A stretch of 64,000 bases of DNA from Dudresnaya verticillata (lineage: Eukaryota): assembly GCA_977862235.1 (NCBI GenBank), contig OZ374557.1, positions 2,852,001-2,916,000 of the forward strand. Direction: 5' to 3'. Shown here piece after piece: positions 49,801 to 61,595 of this stretch (within the stretch, counting starts at the first letter, position 1; each line of letters begins with the position of its first letter). Made by a program: the position numbers and the translations under genes. Below the pieces are notes generated by a model, which did not search any database, was not told the origin of the DNA, and saw only the letters and a program-made list of their open reading frames with translations.

Positions 49801-51190
49801 TCGGAGTTGCCGCTCATGTGTCAAAACCAAGGGCACGCGGTTTAAGCATCAGAAGTTCATGAAGCTATTTCCAGCGAGTGGCCCACTGGAGTTTGTCGCT
49901 ACGGACATACTAGGCCCGCTGCCGAAAACCAAACGGGGATATGTCTTTGTACTGGTCATCACCGATCGGTTTTCTAAACTAACACGGTGCATCCCGTTAC
50001 GGACGATTACAGCCGTCGTGGTAGCGAATGCATTTTTAGACCATTGGGTGTATGCGTATGGCGTACCTAAATTTGTACTCACCGACAATGGAAGACAGTT
50101 CACGGCAATGTTCTTCGACGCTGTCTGCGCCCTACTTGGAGTGCCGCATTTGTTGACCGCTGCCTATCACCCGCAAACCAACGGGCAAGCCGAGCGGTTT
50201 AACAAAACTATAGCGCAGCGCCTCCGACACTACTTCGAGGATCACCACACTGATTGGGATTTATACCTACAGCCGTTGACCTACTCCTATAATATGCAGG
50301 TACACCGGATTACGGATACTACTCCCTTTGACTTGGTGTTAACTCGACACCCATCGGATATTATTATGCGTGGCACCCCTGTGGAGTTGGAAGAAACCGT
50401 TACGGAGGGGCGTATGACGCCCGTACTCCAAAAGCGGGGAACCATGCGGCGTTTGCGCTATGCCCTACAGAAGGCGCAGACCAAGCAAACTACAGCCCAG
50501 TTGAAGTCGAAGGCCCTATTCGACCGTAAGGTGCGTTTACGACCGGTGGTTCGCGGTGGCGATCAAGTCTACGTAGATCGCCCGCCGCGTAATCTACGGT
50601 CCACCGAACGGAAGGAACGCGACCGATTGGGTCAAGGCCCTGACCACGTCGGTGAATTTGCGGAGCAAATGAAGAAGCTCCTCCCAAGATCGACGGGCCC
50701 CTATGAGGTGCACACCGCAACGGATACTGTAGTCAGTATCAAGAACGATGGCGTCCTGATTCCCATCAGCATCGATCGCATCACTAAGGTACCAATTGGA
50801 GCTCCCGTGCAACCGGCGCCGCTATTGGCCCCGCCGGTTACGCCACACACCGATATGGACGGTACAGTATCCCAGCAGGCGGGAGGCACCACAGTAGTAC
50901 CCCAAACACCAGGTGGTATTACTGTAACACTCCAAACGCTAGGCGGTATTTATGTCCGCGTGCCGGAGACAATTGATGCCGACAGGGAGTATGTCATCAA
51001 GCAGATCGTGGGACACCGCGAAGAACCCACGGGCATGACCTACAAGGCGCGTTGATACGACTACCCACCAGACCAGGATACGTATGAACCCGCTGAGGAG
51101 TTGCCGCAAAACTTCATACACCGCTATTGGAATAGGAAGCGCACGGCAGCCGCTGCAGCTCGACGCCGCAGAGCCCCCACGCGTCGATAG
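46793..51190 (+). pseudogene. pol: pol of element E: PR, RT, RH, IN, chromodomain
   Basis: VLDSGAGPNLI; VYLDDVI and DTDACD (47628-49394); H..GHPG..CRSC, TDNG, ERFNKT (49445-51055); EYVIKQIVGHR..YKAR*..DTYEP. A few frameshifts. Confidence 0.95.
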
Positions 51191-51686
51191 CCGGTCGCTA
51201 ATCACCTACGCAGTAGGGGTTTTGGCAAAATCGGGCATGACCTCTGGACTCTGGAACCACAGAACCCTTGCCCAAGGGGCTCTACTACATATTGGTGAAT
51301 CGCCGGCAAGCGCGCAACCACTTCTGGTATCAGGTGGTCGTCAACCAGACACAAAGCCTTGCATAGTGGCGAGTATCCCCGCCACTTCGGGACTCACTCC
51401 ACAGTGGTGTTATTCCACTTCCCCTCCGCCAGTGGAAGGGGGGCTCACAAAAGTCACAAGATTTTATTGACAAGTGGCATTTCTACGCTTACACCGCATT
51501 TCGCGGACGCTTCGCTGGTGGCGCCAGGTCAGCCTCCGTATCTTCCTCTTTTGCCGCGCCCTCCTCCAAGTCGGGAATATCCTCACCATACACTCTTGCG
51601 GTAATCATGGTGAGTCTCCTACCGGTGTCTGCCATGCGTCGACGCGAAGCGCGAATGGTACGCCGTAGGCGCACCAGACGCCCTAC

Positions 51687-54360
51687 TCACAGCACGGCGG
51701 TGTTAATGGCCTCGTTCGCCGACGCTGGAAGGGGCATGCCCGCATCTCTACACCCTTCGTGGAGTCGCTGCAGGGCAGCCCCATCTACGCGCAACTCCGC
51801 TTCGGTCCAACTCGTCACCTCCTTCGGGGCATCCTCCTCTTGTTTCACCACCATGAGGTCGACATTACGGGGTGGCCCTCCACCTGGACCCGCAGCGGCC
51901 ACAAACGTCACGGAGTCACTCGACGCGGGCGACACCGGTTTGGCAGCTTCACCCCGCTTCGGTACAGGGGATTTCACTGCTAATCCAGGCCGTGTGTTCG
52001 CAAGTGCCTCCACTTGGTCGATCCCCGCCGGTGTAGCGTCCTCTTCCATTTCGGAGTCTTCGTGTTCCCAGACGGGGCCCAACTTCGCCGCGGCGGCAGC
52101 TACTACCGTGGGCTTCTCACAAACTACCGCTACGGTATTCGCCGCCTTGTCCAACTTGGTGTTCTTGTTGACCCCCGGCGAGACAGCCGGTTTCGAAGCC
52201 CCGATTGGTGTGGATGCCGCGGCCACCCCGACAAACTCTTTGCGCCTCGATCTCCACTCCTACAGGAGGAGACTCCGTTACGGTCTTCTTGGGCGACGAA
52301 GTCGTGCGGTCGCCCCACACCTTTATGGCTTCTCCACAAGGGGATTCTCTTGGCAAGAGGACCCTTGGGCCCCCGCGAACCTTCTCAATCTCGTCAACCC
52401 CCACTGGTGTAATCTCGTCAGCAGGCGGACTGTCGAGGCGTCCCTGTTGATGCAGCACACCGGATGGAGTACCCCACTCGCGTGACGGTGGAGCCCTTGA
52501 TGGCCCCTCCGTCATGGGGTAGAACCTTGAGCGGGAGCGCATCGCGTGCCAGCTTGACATCTTCTCGCCGATCAACCACGCCGGCTCGGGGTCTTCTTCC
52601 GATAGGAAATACGCCATGCCACACCCGGGGTTGAGCGGCGGCACCGACAACACGCGGTCGTCATCCCAATGATAACCGATGAACCCCGGCGTTCGCTCCC
52701 AGTTGGTGTCTGCGTGAACCGCGAAGAGACGCTCCACACGCGCCAAGGGGTATTCGGTCCCCTCAACCAACCGGTCTACTCCGACTTGGTGTATAAGGGT
52801 AACCACCGGCCCGGGTAGCTTGAATATGCGCCCGCACTCGCCAACTTCCGGATCCGTTCTGCTCCGCGGGTACGCCTTCCAGTCGGTCATCTTGGTACTG
52901 GCTCTAACACCCCGGTAGGTGATCTGTAACCAGGAGAAGAGGACCAACATGGCCCATTCCGCTCGGAGTATCCGACCCAACACCGTCATCAGCGGATGGT
53001 CGACTGACTTCTCTCCGCCTGGGTGTGCAGCTTGCCAGTCACGATGTTGAATGAACCGATTGGAGAAGTACGCCACCACCATCGGCGTTGGCACTGACAA
53101 CCAACGGGTGACTTCATACTCAGCCCACCAATCCGGAGCGGTGCAGTACAAGCGGCGATGCGCCCCCGGCGGCACCTGGAAGAATTCGTTGATGTTCCAA
53201 GTGTGGAGTATCGCCCTTCCGAGGCGGCGTCCATCTCTACTCCGCAACCGGAGTCGATGCTCTTTCGCTGCGTCGTCAGCCCACCGTTGCGGATTCCCAA
53301 ACCAATGAACACCTTGGTCGTATGGTTTTCCATAGCACAGGAAACCGACACCAACCGGATGATCTCGCAGTCGATGGGCCATGACCAACAATCGACACAC
53401 CTTATCGGGATAGCCTTCTTCTTCCTGACACCTCAAACACACGATGTCACACCCGGTTGGAGTTCGCACTCTACAGTTTGAGTGAATCCACCTGGCTCTC
53501 CACATCTCCTCACGCTGAGTCGGGAACCACTTGTTGTTGATTAACCCACCGGCGTCGGTAACAGCACTGTAGCGACGCCCCTCGAGGGTGCCACCATAGT
53601 TGGAAACGAACACCGATACGGGCATGGGGAGATGCACCATATCGCGCTCCTCTTCGGTACGCTGACGCCGCCCGGTGCGGTGATCATATTCCCGGCCCGG
53701 CCAAGTTCCCTCATCGGTGTACCCCGTCGAGTCCACACGCCCGTGGTAGCTCCCCGGTGTCCCCGGCGCGTATGGCAGTGAACCCGACGGTCCGCCGCCG
53801 ACATCCAAGTGGAGTGGGGGTGAGGTTACTCCACCTCCAACCTGACCAACCTGGGGACTTTGCGCGTACGCCTCATATCGCCCATGCGGAGTTGCGCGAC
53901 GATACCTCCCAAGCTCCATCTCGGTGTTGACTTTTGAAGGACCGGGCCGTTGTGCCCCCGGCCCCACCTGTCGATCCGGAAGCGGAGTAGACGCCTGTCG
54001 AGCCTCGCCGCCATCGCGCCGTCGCGGCACCCTCTGGCTACCAGCGCGTGCTGGCAGCGTCGGCGTTGCGCCCGCTGCCGCCGCAACTCCCGCTATGGTG
54101 TCCGCGAACCCGCCGCCTCCTCCCTCTTCTGCCTCCGGCGCCGGAGCCGCTCCCACCGACGATACACGCCATGTCGGTTGGAAGGGGCTCCGTGCGCGGT
54201 CGGTGTTACCGCCCGCCATCGCTAGCGGTACACCGGTTTGGACTTGCCCGTTGGTCGACTTGCCTGAAGTGGAGTGCACCGATGAGGCTCGCTCCGTTGT
54301 TGGGTACACCTGAGCGGAGTTGTAGAAGACGTGCTGTGGCGCACGAGGACGTGTCGCCAT
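51687..54360 (-). CDS. Antisense accessory ORF of element E (747 aa, 52117-54360, plus overlapping 179-aa tail)
   Basis: 2.2-kb open frame with its ATG adjacent to the PPT/3' LTR. Cys/His cluster. Motifs shared with ORF 3542-4942. Confidence 0.8.
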
Positions 54361-54375
54361 TTAAGGAGGGGGGTC

Positions 54376-55051
54376 TGTGGTGAAGCGGCCGTTGTGGAGT
54401 GCCGACGACGGTTGAACCGACTCGCGCCCGGCGCACCGGTGAGCTGGCGCCAAAACCCGAACGGGAGTGCAGCGGCACAGTAGCACTGTACGCCCTTCTT
54501 GGAGTCTGCGCGCACCACCAATAGGAGCCAAGTAGTTGATTTATTTGTAATTAGGTAATTATAATCATGCTGTACAGTACGTAGTGTCAGCCGGCCAATG
54601 AGAATGCCGAGCATGTCCGCAACGGTGACCGGGACCAGTAAGGCCGGACCCACCTGGTGGACCAGACCCATTGGGGTCTGGCCCACACGGACCGGACCGC
54701 GGGGTGTATCTCCCAGTATATTAATGGGTGGCCACCGCGAGTCCTACAGTAAACCGGTACGCAACGCTGGGCAAAGTGACTTACCCTAAGCCTTACCCTC
54801 ATACTCCTTTACGGTTTCCCCTCGCCAGCCCCGTGCACGGATTCCTCTTACCTCCGTCCCGGTGTAGCTGTCCTGGCACTGTACCGTCCCCCTTGTCTGT
54901 TGCGTCCCTTTACTCCTTACAGGTGTTGCCGCTCGAGATACTCCCTTCGGTCTACGAACTAAGCTCTACCACCCCGGTGCCGTGTGAGATCACTCCTTAT
55001 TGAGATTGCCTGATCAGCTCTCCTTACAGGTGTGCCTTTCACTTCACTACA
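54376..55051 (+). repeat. 3' LTR of element E (family C-related)
   Basis: TGTGGTGAAG...CTTCACTACA, directly after the PPT. Confidence 0.88.
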
Positions 55052-56175
55052 ACTTACCCTAAGCCTTACCCTCATACTATGTTGTATAACGAAGTCCACG
55101 GTGACGCGGAGAAGTGTCGCACTGTAAGGAATGGCTTCGGAGCCTAACGAATGGCCTCGTAGCCTAACGGAGAAACGAAAAGGGGTGGTAGCGTGGTAGA
55201 GCGGAGCGACCAACACGAAGGACCACGGTGTCAACGTATTCGTGTGCGGAAGGGAGAACTCGAGCGATCGATCACCGGGGATGGCTCCGGGTGCGCGGGG
55301 CTATCGAAAGCGAGGCTCGACCGTATCCGCGGTCACGAAGAAGAAGACACCGAACTCGAAGAAACAGGCGTTTACCGAAGACTCCGAGGTCCGGGCGCTA
55401 GTCGCTTACCGGAAACCCTCGGAGGTTGTGCCAGACGACTGGCTAAGTAATACTACGTGAGCACGAATGCGCGTCAACGCGGGAGACGGTTTGTACTCGA
55501 ATGATTCGTAACGGCCTCGGTGCTAACGAACGGTCGCCTCACGTATGGTGGCGGTTGCGAAGTGCGCCAGCGATGCATACGGAGGTGCGCGTGTCTCGTG
55601 GACCCCGGTGCCGTTACGCGCGGGAAACAATGGGAAAGTCACGAAGGTGTCAGCGATTTCGTATCGGGTGCGCACTGTAATGAAAATGCCATCGTGGCGC
55701 GGGCGATCACGAAGTCAGCTCGGGATTCGTCCGGAGGTGTCAGCGATTTCGTATCAGTGTTGTGCCGTAATGCGAATGCCATCGTGGCGCGCGCCCAGTA
55801 TGCGCACTGTAATACGTTTGCCATCGTGGCGTGCGCATTCACGGAGTCATTTCGAAATTCGTATTTCTCGATTACTTTCACGTAGACCACGGAGACGTTT
55901 CGCGGATAACGTCTATACCACATACTCCTTCACGGTTTGCCCTCGCCAGCCCCGTGCACCGATTTCTCTTACCTCCGTCCCGATGTAGCTGCCCTGGCAC
56001 TGTACCGTCCCCCTTGTCTGTTGCGTCCCTTTACTACTTACAGTAACAGTTGCCGCTCGAGGTACTCCCTTCGGTCTACGAACTAAGCTCTACCACCCCG
56101 GTACCGTGTGAGATCACTCCTTATTGGGATTGTCTGATCAGCTCTCCTTACAGGTGTACCTTTTGCTTCACCACA
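55052..56175 (+). repeat. Tandem duplicate of the 3' ~275 bp of LTR E, interrupted by solo LTR D
   Basis: 55052-55079 plus 55923-56175 repeat 54779-55051. Confidence 0.85.
55080..55922. mobile_element. Solo LTR (family D)
   Basis: TGTTGTATA...TATACCACA with TSD TACTA/TACTC. Homologous to 1-1148. Contains internal GCCATCGTGGCG repeats. Confidence 0.85.
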
Positions 56176-56953
56176 CCGGGTTCCCGCGCACTACGTCATG
56201 CTGCCGCCACGCCGTGGGCCCATAGCATTACTTAGGTACCTAGCCTAGGACATAGCAGTAAAGCCCCGGCAAGCCGGTGTGAGCATAGACTTCCTTCTCG
56301 CGACAGCACGCACTCTATCACTGCCCGGAAGCATAAGCGTCTACCTATACATGTTTCCACGTTCATAACCGTTGCTAACGTGTTTTACTTTGGGTTTCCT
56401 TGCCCCTTTTCTCTCTCGCCTGGGGCGTTTACAGTCCGCCCTATGCGTGCTGAACCTGCCCCACCAAATTCGCCAGCAGCGGCTACCCACTGGCCTCCCA
56501 AACGGCCCGGAGGTGGTTTCCGTCTCTAGACGACGTTTGCAAGACAATATTGAAAAGGCAGAGTTTGACATCCTTCAGTTGATCGAGCAGTTTCTATCTT
56601 TCTGTCATGGATCTGATGCGTCGGCTGTTCACAATGGATGTTGCCGTCGGAAGCACTGTTCCTGTGATCAATTTTGTCTTCCATGCGGCTCCATACTTTC
56701 GGCGGCACTTCCCGTCGGGTTTCAACAGCTTCGCGCGGGTATGGACAAGGTTGCCTTGAACTGTGGGAGGATCCGTTGTGTTGACCATTTTGGGTGACTT
56801 AGTGGACAGATAGGTAGCTTCTCTTTCCTGGAGACTACACGGCGAGGTTTTTGACTTTCACTCGAGTCTGCCATGGTTCGGTATTCAAAGGGGGAAGGCG
56901 AGGCGGGAAACATAAGTTTTCAAAATACTTCCTTTACTGTAATACGGCTATTC

Positions 56954-57250
56954 TTAAACTGGTATGTGAGGCCACATGGCCTCATATGAGGCCACTTGTC
57001 GAATAGACACTAGAGCAAACGAAGGCAAGGTCTCCATCCTTACACTGCCCTTTGGCCAGTGTAGGCTTTGCTTGTGTAAGTCGATCACGGAGCGACCTTC
57101 TTGTTCCCCTCCTTCCACCTCCTGCCACACCACAAAAGCCGAGGACACTAAATACCCACCCCTCATCCGGTCCATAGCGTACACCCTGCTGACCTCCTCG
57201 TATACTCCTTCCTGCAATCCCCGGCGAAGATCCGCCCGGGCGAACTGCTG
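56954..57250 (-). pseudogene. DIRS-like (tyrosine-recombinase retroelement) RT N-terminal fragment
   Basis: GVYEEV..VSSAFVV..GRSVIDL..SVRMETL. Confidence 0.55.
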
Positions 57251-57308
57251 ATCCTCCGTTACTTACCATTCCCTACAAATTCCTGCACTGTGTTTTTGTT
57301 GGGCAGTG

Positions 57309-57365
57309 CTCATTGTTCATTGTTCATTGTTCATTGTTCATTGTTCATTGTTCATTGTTCATTGC
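57309..57365 (+). repeat. (TTCATTG)8 minisatellite
   Basis: Seen directly. Confidence 0.92.
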
Positions 57366-58331
57366 CCATTGATTGTTACTCACCCTGGCCCAGTGGCTTG
57401 TACCGCTGCTACGGAAGTCAGCAGCCACGGGCTCGAACCGCGGGTGGGACCACCCGACCGTCCTCAGCGACCGTCCTCAGGCTGACGTTAAAAGAAGCCC
57501 AACTGCAGATGCTCCTGGAATCGCACGGTATCATCAAAGCCTTTTCTCAACAGCATTTTCTCCCGATACTCGAGTTTTCTGTCTCAGGTTGTTGGCCAAT
57601 GGTGACCTTGGGTTCGTTGTTAGGTGGGCTTCGGTTTCTACTACTAGGACACTTTCCCGTCTTTAAATAGATTCACTATTCTAATTGTTCAGGGTGGCGT
57701 CAACAGAGGGATGCCAACGTCGCGGTAGCAAACAATGTCCATACCTGCTTGCTGTGAGACCCTAATACTGCACAGGTCCTCTCCCCTCCCATGCACTCGA
57801 TCGACATGTTTCGGACTTGGCCACAGGCAAGCGTGCCCCATCAACTTCAGGGCTGACGTGGCTCTGCCCTGCGTGACTCGGGCAGCTGCTGCAATTCAAG
57901 TCTCAATTACACGGTGGAGTTCCTGACGGACTTTTCGAAAATTCTGAACTGGGGACTCGCGGATGTACAATAAGTTTACCCGGTAGGCCTGGAAATACAA
58001 GCTCCTTGCGACGCCATGTTCCATCCGATAACCACGGAGTACGTGCCTGTGCAGCAGAGGAAGGCGATCCTATTTTTCATTTAATTCTCCATCCCGCGTT
58101 CGTGGGGAAAAACGGCTGCGAAGCTGAGGGGACCTCTGCTCCCCTGTGGAGATGGAGGAAACCGAGGGATCATTCTTTGCTGCCGTCACTGTCATGTACC
58201 TGCTTTAAAAAAAACTGCTTAGACAATAATAAAAATGGTTCCTTTTATCGATACCTTTCAGTTGTAACCGGCAGCTGTAGCCCTACATTGGAAATCGTCA
58301 TGCCATACCGTGTCCTTGTCAGTTTTCTCGC

Positions 58332-58337
58332 ATACAT

Positions 58338-58368
<31 letters not shown>

Positions 58369-58451
58369 CGCACACACACACGCACACACGCACACACACA
58401 CACACACCAACCCACACACACGCTCACACCCACCCACACCCACACACACAC
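58332..58451 (+). repeat. Imperfect (CA)n microsatellite
   Basis: Seen directly, ~125 bp upstream of the RWP-RK ATG. Confidence 0.95.
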
Positions 58452-58575
58452 TCTGCGTCATAAATAGTACAAGTTTGTTGGAAGACATGACGGACCTGGG
58501 ACCGCCCTTGCTACTGCCGAGAGTGACTGCTGCGGTTTTGGCCTGAGTTTCTTGTTCTGTACTCCCATCCCGGTG

Positions 58576-59559
58576 ATGAAGAAGACATTTGACGTGGCCA
58601 ACCATAATAAGCTGCTTTCCCTCTGTGACCAGGATAGTGCGATGGGTTTTGAGGATATGCTCATTTTTCCTGAACGGAATGAAGAATCAGTTTGGAAAGT
58701 TAAGCATGACCTACTTGTGTCGGAGATATCTCCTTCTGTGGTTGATGTTGAAGCTACTGGCTGCAGGCATCCTTCAGACTGTGAAGGACTTCATGAAACA
58801 TCCTATCTACATGATCTTACCGTGAAGGAGGAAAGTGCCGACGCGAGCAGCTCTTCTACAAGAAACATCGTGCTTGACGATCTGTCTTGTTCGAGGCCAC
58901 TAGATTGTGATATTGCTGATGACGGATTGCTAACCGAAAGATTGCGTAACTTGACCGAGAACGGCACTCAAGAACTTACTGCTCTATGGAACATTGCTTC
59001 TGCGGTACCAAGTCATCTCGAAGACGCAACTTATCATTCATCTGAGAACGACACTCCAGCAACCTCATGGTATAGCTCAGCTTCGACAAGGACACAAGGT
59101 ATCCGCAGGGTTGATGGCTTTTTCCCTGAGATGGTCAGGAAGGGCGTGACCAACGATTGCAGGTTTCACAAAGAAGTTCAAAAGCCTCCAACCACAGCTG
59201 GAATTGGGTTAGGGGACCTAAAAGCGGTGTTCCACCTAGACCGGCCGAAGGCAGAGAAGCAGCTGCGGCTAAAGCGGACTACGTTTTCCAACCTCAACAG
59301 GCACTTCGGGATTTCGAAGTGGCCATTTCGAACAATTCGGGACGCACTGAATCGCATGAAGGCCAACCAGGACACATTGTTGCGAGCAAACCTGTCTGGG
59401 GATCGAGAGCGAAAGCTGATTGAACAGCAAAAACTGCTCGCTGGAGTCATCAAGTTGATCTATGCAAAACCCAGTGAAAGTCGGGACTCGAACACATTAG
59501 CAGTGTTGCTACAAATTGTTGCTTCTAGGGGGACCTCGGCAAGCTGTCAACCTCTATAG
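58576..59559 (+). CDS. RWP-RK domain transcription factor (divergent)
   Basis: Uninterrupted ORF. IGLGDLKAVFHLDRPKAEKQLRLKRTTFSNLNRHFGISKWPFRTIR fits the RWP-RK pattern and is followed by a helical segment. Confidence 0.82.
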   Translation: MKKTFDVANHNKLLSLCDQDSAMGFEDMLIFPERNEESVWKVKHDLLVSEISPSVVDVEATGCRHPSDCEGLHETSYLHDLTVKEESADASSSSTRNIVLDDLSCSRPLDCDIADDGLLTERLRNLTENGTQELTALWNIASAVPSHLEDATYHSSENDTPATSWYSSASTRTQGIRRVDGFFPEMVRKGVTNDCRFHKEVQKPPTTAGIGLGDLKAVFHLDRPKAEKQLRLKRTTFSNLNRHFGISKWPFRTIRDALNRMKANQDTLLRANLSGDRERKLIEQQKLLAGVIKLIYAKPSESRDSNTLAVLLQIVASRGTSASCQPL

Positions 59560-61595
59560 GGCATAGAACCATACGGAACAATTCTATATAACCATAACTT
59601 TACTGCTAGTTGTGGTCGGGATGACCTCATTCTCCTTCGTCACTCGCAACATAGCTGTACTTTTCTATTTCCCTATCCACAGCTGCATTTGGCACCGTAC
59701 GTACGAGCGAATTCGAGGAAACCGACAAAGCTCTGTCGCAGAGCGACCTGTCGCCCTAAGCTCTACGCAAGGCCGTGCCGTGATAGGTACGAAGCATGGT
59801 GATCGTACGATCCATACAGTCCCTGCCTGACTGCGACTGCATAGGTACACCATACTATCACGCACCACTTGCCCTCACTGTATCGGAATCCACAGTAACA
59901 TGCTCTAGCACTCAACAGTATTGATAGCACAAGCCCCGAAAGGATATCGGATAATCACACTAAACGGAGGCTTGGCTAAGCCAAAGGTTATATAACGTTA
60001 TCGCTGCACACCGTTTTTTGTCAGTTTGCCAAGCAAAAGCAATTTGTTGCTGAAAAGAACTTGCACTCCTCTTTTGGGCTCTCTGAGAGCCCTTGGGTCG
60101 AGATTAAATCACGAGTTCAATTGAGCCACAATGCCACATGCCACCATATCAAAATTGTGGCCGTTACTGTTCCAGACAGCATTGTCATAAATCTGTCCGT
60201 CCTGTCCCACCCCGTTCTCTGTCAACAGAAATGCAGCTTTAAGGCCATGGGATGATCACCCCTGTATTGTCGATGCTGGTGATCTAATCTATTCCAGGAA
60301 TTCATGGGTAATAATGCGAAAACTATTGTATATTGTAAAAGGATGTTGACCGCGGGTGTAGTTGTCGATTGACAGGTGATCGGCGTAGCAGTGCGAGATG
60401 AGATGCTCGACCAAAGGCTCTTGGGAAGCAGGCTTGGAAAAGTAGGTTTGGTTGGTTAATATTATGGTTGCGCCTTTCGGAAGATGATCGGCAAACTGTG
60501 TATGGCTTTCTGTAAGACACCAAGGTGGGCGCTCATCTTCTTACAGCATGTTACAACGTAAGGACTACTTCTACGCACTTGGCCATGGATTTTTCGTCAG
60601 AGACTGTGCCTGTCGGAAGAATCGATGCCATTTGCTTCGTTAATTCCGATTCCTTCCTCGTTCCCTGACCGTCCCCCGTAGGAACCATGGTGCTGGGGTG
60701 TTGCGGGTGGTCCAGATGCGGTGAGGAACGCATTTTCTTGTCCTCGGGCACAGCGGCCTGCTCCCTGATGGTGATGTACAGGGGTTTGATACCCCCTCCG
60801 GCCCACATAGCTGGGGCAGTAATCGTGCAGCGTGCACAGTTGGCATATTTTACGCAGACCGTGTGCACGGACTTTCGTTATATACCGTTGTAATATCGAT
60901 AAAAAGTGAGAAATAGCTGCTCTTACCTTTCAGAATCTCGAGATGATCCACACCGGCTGTGATCTTGCTGACACAGCATATCACGTCACAGGAAGCATAC
61001 GGTACACACATAGTATACTGTCACATACCAAGGGTAAGGATAGTTGTGCACAAGTTGACCAGAAGTCGCGAGAGTAGAGTATTGTAACCGACAGAGAAAG
61101 TTGTTTGCTAAATGGCCGCCTGAGATGCCCTGATGGCTACTGATGCCTCGGGCATTAACAGGTTCTCAGCAAGAAAAGAAAAAGCTAGTACGGCATACAT
61201 ACATGCAGTCATACAGCGTACGCCTGAGCCGGACGATGCGATTTACAATTGCTGCCATTCACAGCACGGGTGAGGAATAATCTCAATCTTCAAAATCAAT
61301 GACCATGGAGATTGAAATCTATTGCAGCAATTGTAAGTAAATAAATATAGTTTGCAGGAAGCATTGTTAATGTACTGCAATCAGTGTTGCGGAAGTTATG
61401 CAAACAATTCTAAAGTTACTGTACCGTCTTATAGCAACCGTAACAAGACTGTAAGTTATTATTTATCCGTTGAAACTCGAATGAAGAAAAGAATGCAAGC
61501 AGCGGGCATAGGAGTTGCTCAACCGCTGAGCGGCCTCCTGAGCATCTCCGAATAGTCAAATAAACGGGAGGGGGCGACGCAACAGGGAGAGAGAG

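Larger units (their letters stand above)
44826..55051 (+). mobile_element. Ty3/Gypsy chromovirus-type element E (5' LTR lost)
   Basis: gag, pol, chromodomain, antisense ORF, PPT AAGGAGGGGGG (54363-54373), 3' LTR 54376-55051. Confidence 0.92.

Noticed and set aside
17030..51190. Elements C and E as one large inverted duplication
   Set aside because: Their proteins are similar but the DNA is clearly diverged, so they are independent insertions of related families.
51607..52485. 292-aa plus-strand ORF as an env gene
   Set aside because: Shadow of the GC-rich antisense ORF, with no recognisable env features.
57290..57670. ORF with HCSLFIV repeats
   Set aside because: Artefact of the 7-bp tandem repeat.
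58006..58605. His/Thr-rich and Cys/Val-rich ORFs
   Set aside because: Translations of the (CA)n microsatellite.
59600..61590. Short ORFs downstream of the RWP-RK gene
   Set aside because: No recognisable motifs; left unannotated.
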